In this document: one piece after another, positions 60,921 through 64,000 of the stretch
How positions within the stretch are numbered: the first letter of the stretch is position 1
Layout: every line of letters starts with the position of its first letter
DNA from: 'Osedax' symbiont bacterium Rs2_46_30_T18
GTDB taxonomy: Bacteria > Pseudomonadota > Gammaproteobacteria > Pseudomonadales > Balneatricaceae
Assembly: GCA_002163025.1 (NCBI GenBank)
Contig: MABF01000273.1
Coordinates: forward strand, 4,456 to 68,455
Direction of reading: 5' to 3'
DNA: 64,000 nucleotides
The notes under the pieces: generated by a model
Told to the model about the DNA's origin: nothing
Seen by the model: the letters and a program-made list of their open reading frames with translations, nothing else
The model's database searches: none
Program-made: the position numbers and the translations under genes

Positions 60921-61829
60921 ATGTGGTTTAAAAATATAATTTTCTATCGTTTTACCGAAACCGTTAACTACAGCAGCGAACAACTGGAGGAGGCTTTTGC
61001 CGAACACTCTTTCACTCCCTGCAAAAGTCAGGAATTATCCCGCTACGGCTGGGTGGCTCCGCACCCCAAAATGCAGGAAAGCCAAGTATTTTCTAGTACC
61101 GGCGCCTTTTTGATCACCGCCCAGAAAGAAGATAAGTTGGTCCCCAGCTCAGTGGTAAACCAACAGTTGAAAGACAAAGTGGCTATCATCGAACACCAGG
61201 AAGGGCGTAAAGTGTATCGTAAAGAGCAGCTGACACTTAAAGATGAAATTATCTTGGATTTGCTGCCGCGCGCCTTCAGCAAATACAGCCAAACCAGCGC
61301 CTTAATAGTCCCACAACAAGGTTTTATTGCGGTTGACAGCTCCAGCTATGCCAAGGCTGAAGAATTGTTAAATTTGTTGCGCAACAGCTTAGATACACTG
61401 CCGATCAAATTGCCGGATGTTAACCACTCTCCAGGTGTGATGATGTCTCAGTGGCTGAGCCAGGAAAACTTGATTCCAGCCTTTAAATGCTTGGAAGAGT
61501 GTGAGTTAAAAGATCAGAGCGGTGAAGGTGCTGTGATTAAAGTTAAAGGTCAAGATTTACAATGCGACGAAATCACCATGCATTTAGATGCAGGTAAACA
61601 AGTCAGCAAGCTGGCACTGGAGTGGGATGAGAGCTTGAGCTTCATCTTGCATGAAGACTTATCGGTTAAGCGACTAAAGCCTACCGATCAGCTGGCAACT
61701 GAGCTCAACGAAGAGAACTCAGATGATCCGCTGGCGCGGTTAGACGCCGACACTTCTCGATTAACCCTTGAACTACAAAAACTATTACCGCAATTACTGC
61801 AAGCGTTCGGCGGTGAAGTAAAACGTTAA
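60921..61829 (+). CDS. rdgC: Recombination-associated protein RdgC
   Basis: MWFKNIIFYRF... is the canonical RdgC N-terminus. The length from this ATG is about 302 aa. The ORF track extends 49 codons further upstream. Confidence 0.88.
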   Translation: MWFKNIIFYRFTETVNYSSEQLEEAFAEHSFTPCKSQELSRYGWVAPHPKMQESQVFSSTGAFLITAQKEDKLVPSSVVNQQLKDKVAIIEHQEGRKVYRKEQLTLKDEIILDLLPRAFSKYSQTSALIVPQQGFIAVDSSSYAKAEELLNLLRNSLDTLPIKLPDVNHSPGVMMSQWLSQENLIPAFKCLEECELKDQSGEGAVIKVKGQDLQCDEITMHLDAGKQVSKLALEWDESLSFILHEDLSVKRLKPTDQLATELNEENSDDPLARLDADTSRLTLELQKLLPQLLQAFGGEVKR

Positions 61830-61916
61830 ATACAGATCCAAAGATGCTGATTAGCTAAAGCCCTGTGCTTTAGCTAAAATTGTATTTACCCTAAATTAAG
61901 CACAAAGATAACCCCC

Positions 61917-62561
61917 ATGTATAAAGTTAAAGAGATGTTCTACACCCTGCAAGGCGAAGGCGCCCAAGCCGGACGCCCCGCCGTATTTTGCCGTTTCACC
62001 GGCTGTAACTTGTGGAGTGGCAGAGAGCGGGACCGAGCAAAATCTGTGTGTGACTTCTGTGATACTGACTTTATCGGCACCGACGGTCAAAACGGTGCAA
62101 AATTTTCCACTGCTCTGGAACTGGCTGATAAAATCGCCAGTTTCTGGCCAACGCCCCAACTTGGCCGATCCGTTGAGGGCGTCCCCTATGTCGTTTTTAC
62201 CGGTGGTGAACCGGCACTGCAATTAGATGAAGCTCTGACAAGCGCCCTGAAACAGCGGAACTTCGAAATAGCCATCGAGACCAACGGCACCAAACAACTG
62301 CCGGCGGGGATCGACTGGATTTGTGTCAGCCCCAAGGCAGATGCCGAAGTAATAATCGAGTGTGGCCAAGAGTTAAAATTAGTCTACCCCCAGTCACTGG
62401 CTATGCCACAGCGCTTTGAGCAGCTTAACTTTGAACACTTCTACCTGCAGCCAATGGCGCAAGATAACGCCAATCACACTAAAGCCACCATCGAGTACTG
62501 CATGGCGCACCCGCGCTGGAAGCTGAGCTTGCAAACCCATAAAATAACGGGCATCGATTAA
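61917..62561 (+). CDS. queE: 7-carboxy-7-deazaguanine synthase (radical SAM)
   Basis: EMFYTLQGEGAQAGRPAVFCRFTGCNLWSG...CDFCDT is the QueE-type cluster motif. ...LSLQTHK is typical of the C-terminus. Confidence 0.88.
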   Translation: MYKVKEMFYTLQGEGAQAGRPAVFCRFTGCNLWSGRERDRAKSVCDFCDTDFIGTDGQNGAKFSTALELADKIASFWPTPQLGRSVEGVPYVVFTGGEPALQLDEALTSALKQRNFEIAIETNGTKQLPAGIDWICVSPKADAEVIIECGQELKLVYPQSLAMPQRFEQLNFEHFYLQPMAQDNANHTKATIEYCMAHPRWKLSLQTHKITGID

Positions 62562-62589
62562 GATCCTGCAGACAGTGCCCGGCTAATAA

Positions 62590-63477
62590 TTATCGGGCAA
62601 ATTCCTCTATTGCAAAATCAATGAAACACCTGACCTTTTTCGCCACATACTTTCGATGCGGGTAAATAGCAAACAGGCCAAATTCTAAGGTGGTATATCT
62701 CGCTAGGATAGGTATAAGCAAGCCGCTGTCGATGGCATCTTCAACAATGAAATCAGGGGTCATGGCAATACCGCCACCGGCGATGGCGATTTCACGTACC
62801 GCTTGCGGGCTATTAGCAGCAATCGCTGAACTGACACTGATGGTTTGTGCCTCTCCTGTAGGGGATATTATTGGCCATTGCCTCCCCACCCTGAAATTAC
62901 TGTCAATAATGCAACGATGTTCGGCCACTTGCTGCGCCGTTTTAGGCAAGCCATACTCTTTTATATAAGCAGGGGATGCAGTTAACACTAGCGCAAATGT
63001 GTTTAAATGCCTGGCTATCATATTGGAATCATCGACTCCACCAATCCGTAAGCGCAGATCAATATCTTCTTCAAGCATGTCTATGGCGGCATTGGTAAGT
63101 ACTAATTCTACTTGTAGCTGAGGATATAGACGCAAGAATTTCGGCAATAAAGGGGCCAGCTTCATCTCGCCAAAAGTCACTGGCGCGCTTATCCTTAATA
63201 AACCACGTACTTGTGTGCTATCTCCAGTGACACTGTCAAGCATCGCAGAATACTGCTCAAGCAGTGCCACACAGTCCTGATAATAGAGTCGCCCCGCCTC
63301 TGTCAGAGAAACCGCTCTGGTGGTACGATTAAATAGCCTGACCCCTAACTGACTTTCCACTTCGCCCACATATTTACTCACCAGTGCCTTAGAAATCCCC
63401 AACCTCTCGCTGGCCGCAGTGAAAGAGTTTGTTTCAACTACAGCCACCACCGTCTTTAAACCATCTAAGCTATCCAT
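62590..63477 (-). CDS. LysR family transcriptional regulator
   Basis: The N-terminal wHTH reads FTAASERLGISKALVSKYVGEVESQLGVRLFNRTTR. A LysR substrate-binding domain of typical length follows. Confidence 0.88.
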   Translation of the reverse strand: MDSLDGLKTVVAVVETNSFTAASERLGISKALVSKYVGEVESQLGVRLFNRTTRAVSLTEAGRLYYQDCVALLEQYSAMLDSVTGDSTQVRGLLRISAPVTFGEMKLAPLLPKFLRLYPQLQVELVLTNAAIDMLEEDIDLRLRIGGVDDSNMIARHLNTFALVLTASPAYIKEYGLPKTAQQVAEHRCIIDSNFRVGRQWPIISPTGEAQTISVSSAIAANSPQAVREIAIAGGGIAMTPDFIVEDAIDSGLLIPILARYTTLEFGLFAIYPHRKYVAKKVRCFIDFAIEEFAR

Positions 63478-63619
63478 AAATCGTCCTCACAACTGGAACT
63501 GTCAATGCTACGTTGACAACCATTCAACATCAACCCTGTTTATCAATACGGCTTCAATATGGATAATTACCTCATCGCATCACAACGCTATTTGAACTAA
63601 GCACTAACGAGGGAATTAC

Positions 63620-63877
63620 ATGCCAAAAGTTGAAATATATACCAGGCCCGGATGTGGTTATTGTACCCACGCGAAACGCCTGCTGCTAAATCGCGGGCTA
63701 GCTTTTGTTGAATACGATGTCTACCTACATCCGCAACATATTGAGCAACTGCATAACAGAACCACGGCCAGAACCTATCCGCAGATATTTATCGGAAACC
63801 AGTCCATAGGTGGTTTTAGTGAACTATTAACCCATGAGCAAAACGGCTTGCTGACAAAACAGTCAATAACAAATTAA
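63620..63877 (+). CDS. grxC: Glutaredoxin (GrxC-like)
   Basis: VEIYTRPGCGYCTHAKRLL (a CGYC active site) ...TYPQIFIGNQSIGGFSEL. Confidence 0.85.
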   Translation: MPKVEIYTRPGCGYCTHAKRLLLNRGLAFVEYDVYLHPQHIEQLHNRTTARTYPQIFIGNQSIGGFSELLTHEQNGLLTKQSITN

Positions 63878-63887
63878 AGGAAATATC

Positions 63888-64000
63888 ATGAACACATTAA
63901 TTAACTCCAGCAACAAAATCAGCAGGGTAAAGAATTACCTTAGCGCAGCTGCCAGTGTCTTTATCTTTGGTTTATCCACTATCAGTCCAGTCAGTGCAGC
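63888..64000 (+). CDS. 5' end of a secreted protein gene (runs off the window)
   Basis: An ATG at 63888 follows AAGGAAA. The product starts MNTLINSSNKISRVKNYLSAAASVFIFGLSTISPVSA, which looks like a signal peptide. The product cannot be identified. Confidence 0.4.
   Translation, partial: MNTLINSSNKISRVKNYLSAAASVFIFGLSTISPVSA

Overview
Core chromosomal segment of a gammaproteobacterium, with gene order resembling Pseudomonas and marine Cellvibrionales/Oceanospirillales. I found no transposases, integrases, CRISPR arrays or prophage genes.

Left to right:
- clpX (truncated at the window edge), clpP and tig.
- A minus-strand tRNA array: Arg(TCT), His, four identical Leu(TAG), His.
- radD plus an Atl/YbaZ-like gene, and a GAF-GGDEF diguanylate cyclase.
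- A YnjB/C/D-type ABC importer followed by a YnjF-like CDP-alcohol phosphatidyltransferase.
- thpR, a coiled-coil membrane protein, cmoB-cmoA, uvrB and a PilZ-like gene.
- A roughly 0.9 kb AT-rich region with no convincing gene.
- A six-gene minus-strand cluster: DUF2282 precursor peptide, DUF692 (MNIO) enzyme, DUF2063 partner, DoxX protein, ECF sigma factor and anti-sigma factor.
- Housekeeping genes (hydrolase, Wzy_C/PglL-like ligase, sixA, gpsA, rhlB-like).
- An SOS block, dinG <> lexA-sulA, with three LexA boxes.
- topA, uspA, uup, slt, tatD and an orphan lapG-lapD c-di-GMP module.
- proQ and tusA.
- A complete cbb3 oxidase locus (ccoNOQP, ccoGHIS) with a TauE-like gene and a nucleosidase-like gene.
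- rdgC, queE, a LysR regulator and a glutaredoxin.

The most interesting locus is 20785-24897. It matches the recently recognised bufferin/gig-type periplasmic RiPP metallophore gene clusters. The product of this locus is uncharacterised. It also has local features I cannot explain from annotation alone: a perfect 13-bp hairpin between precursor and maturase, a co-oriented ECF sigma/anti-sigma pair, and a shared upstream motif.

All calls come from reading the translations and the sequence by eye. No database search was run.
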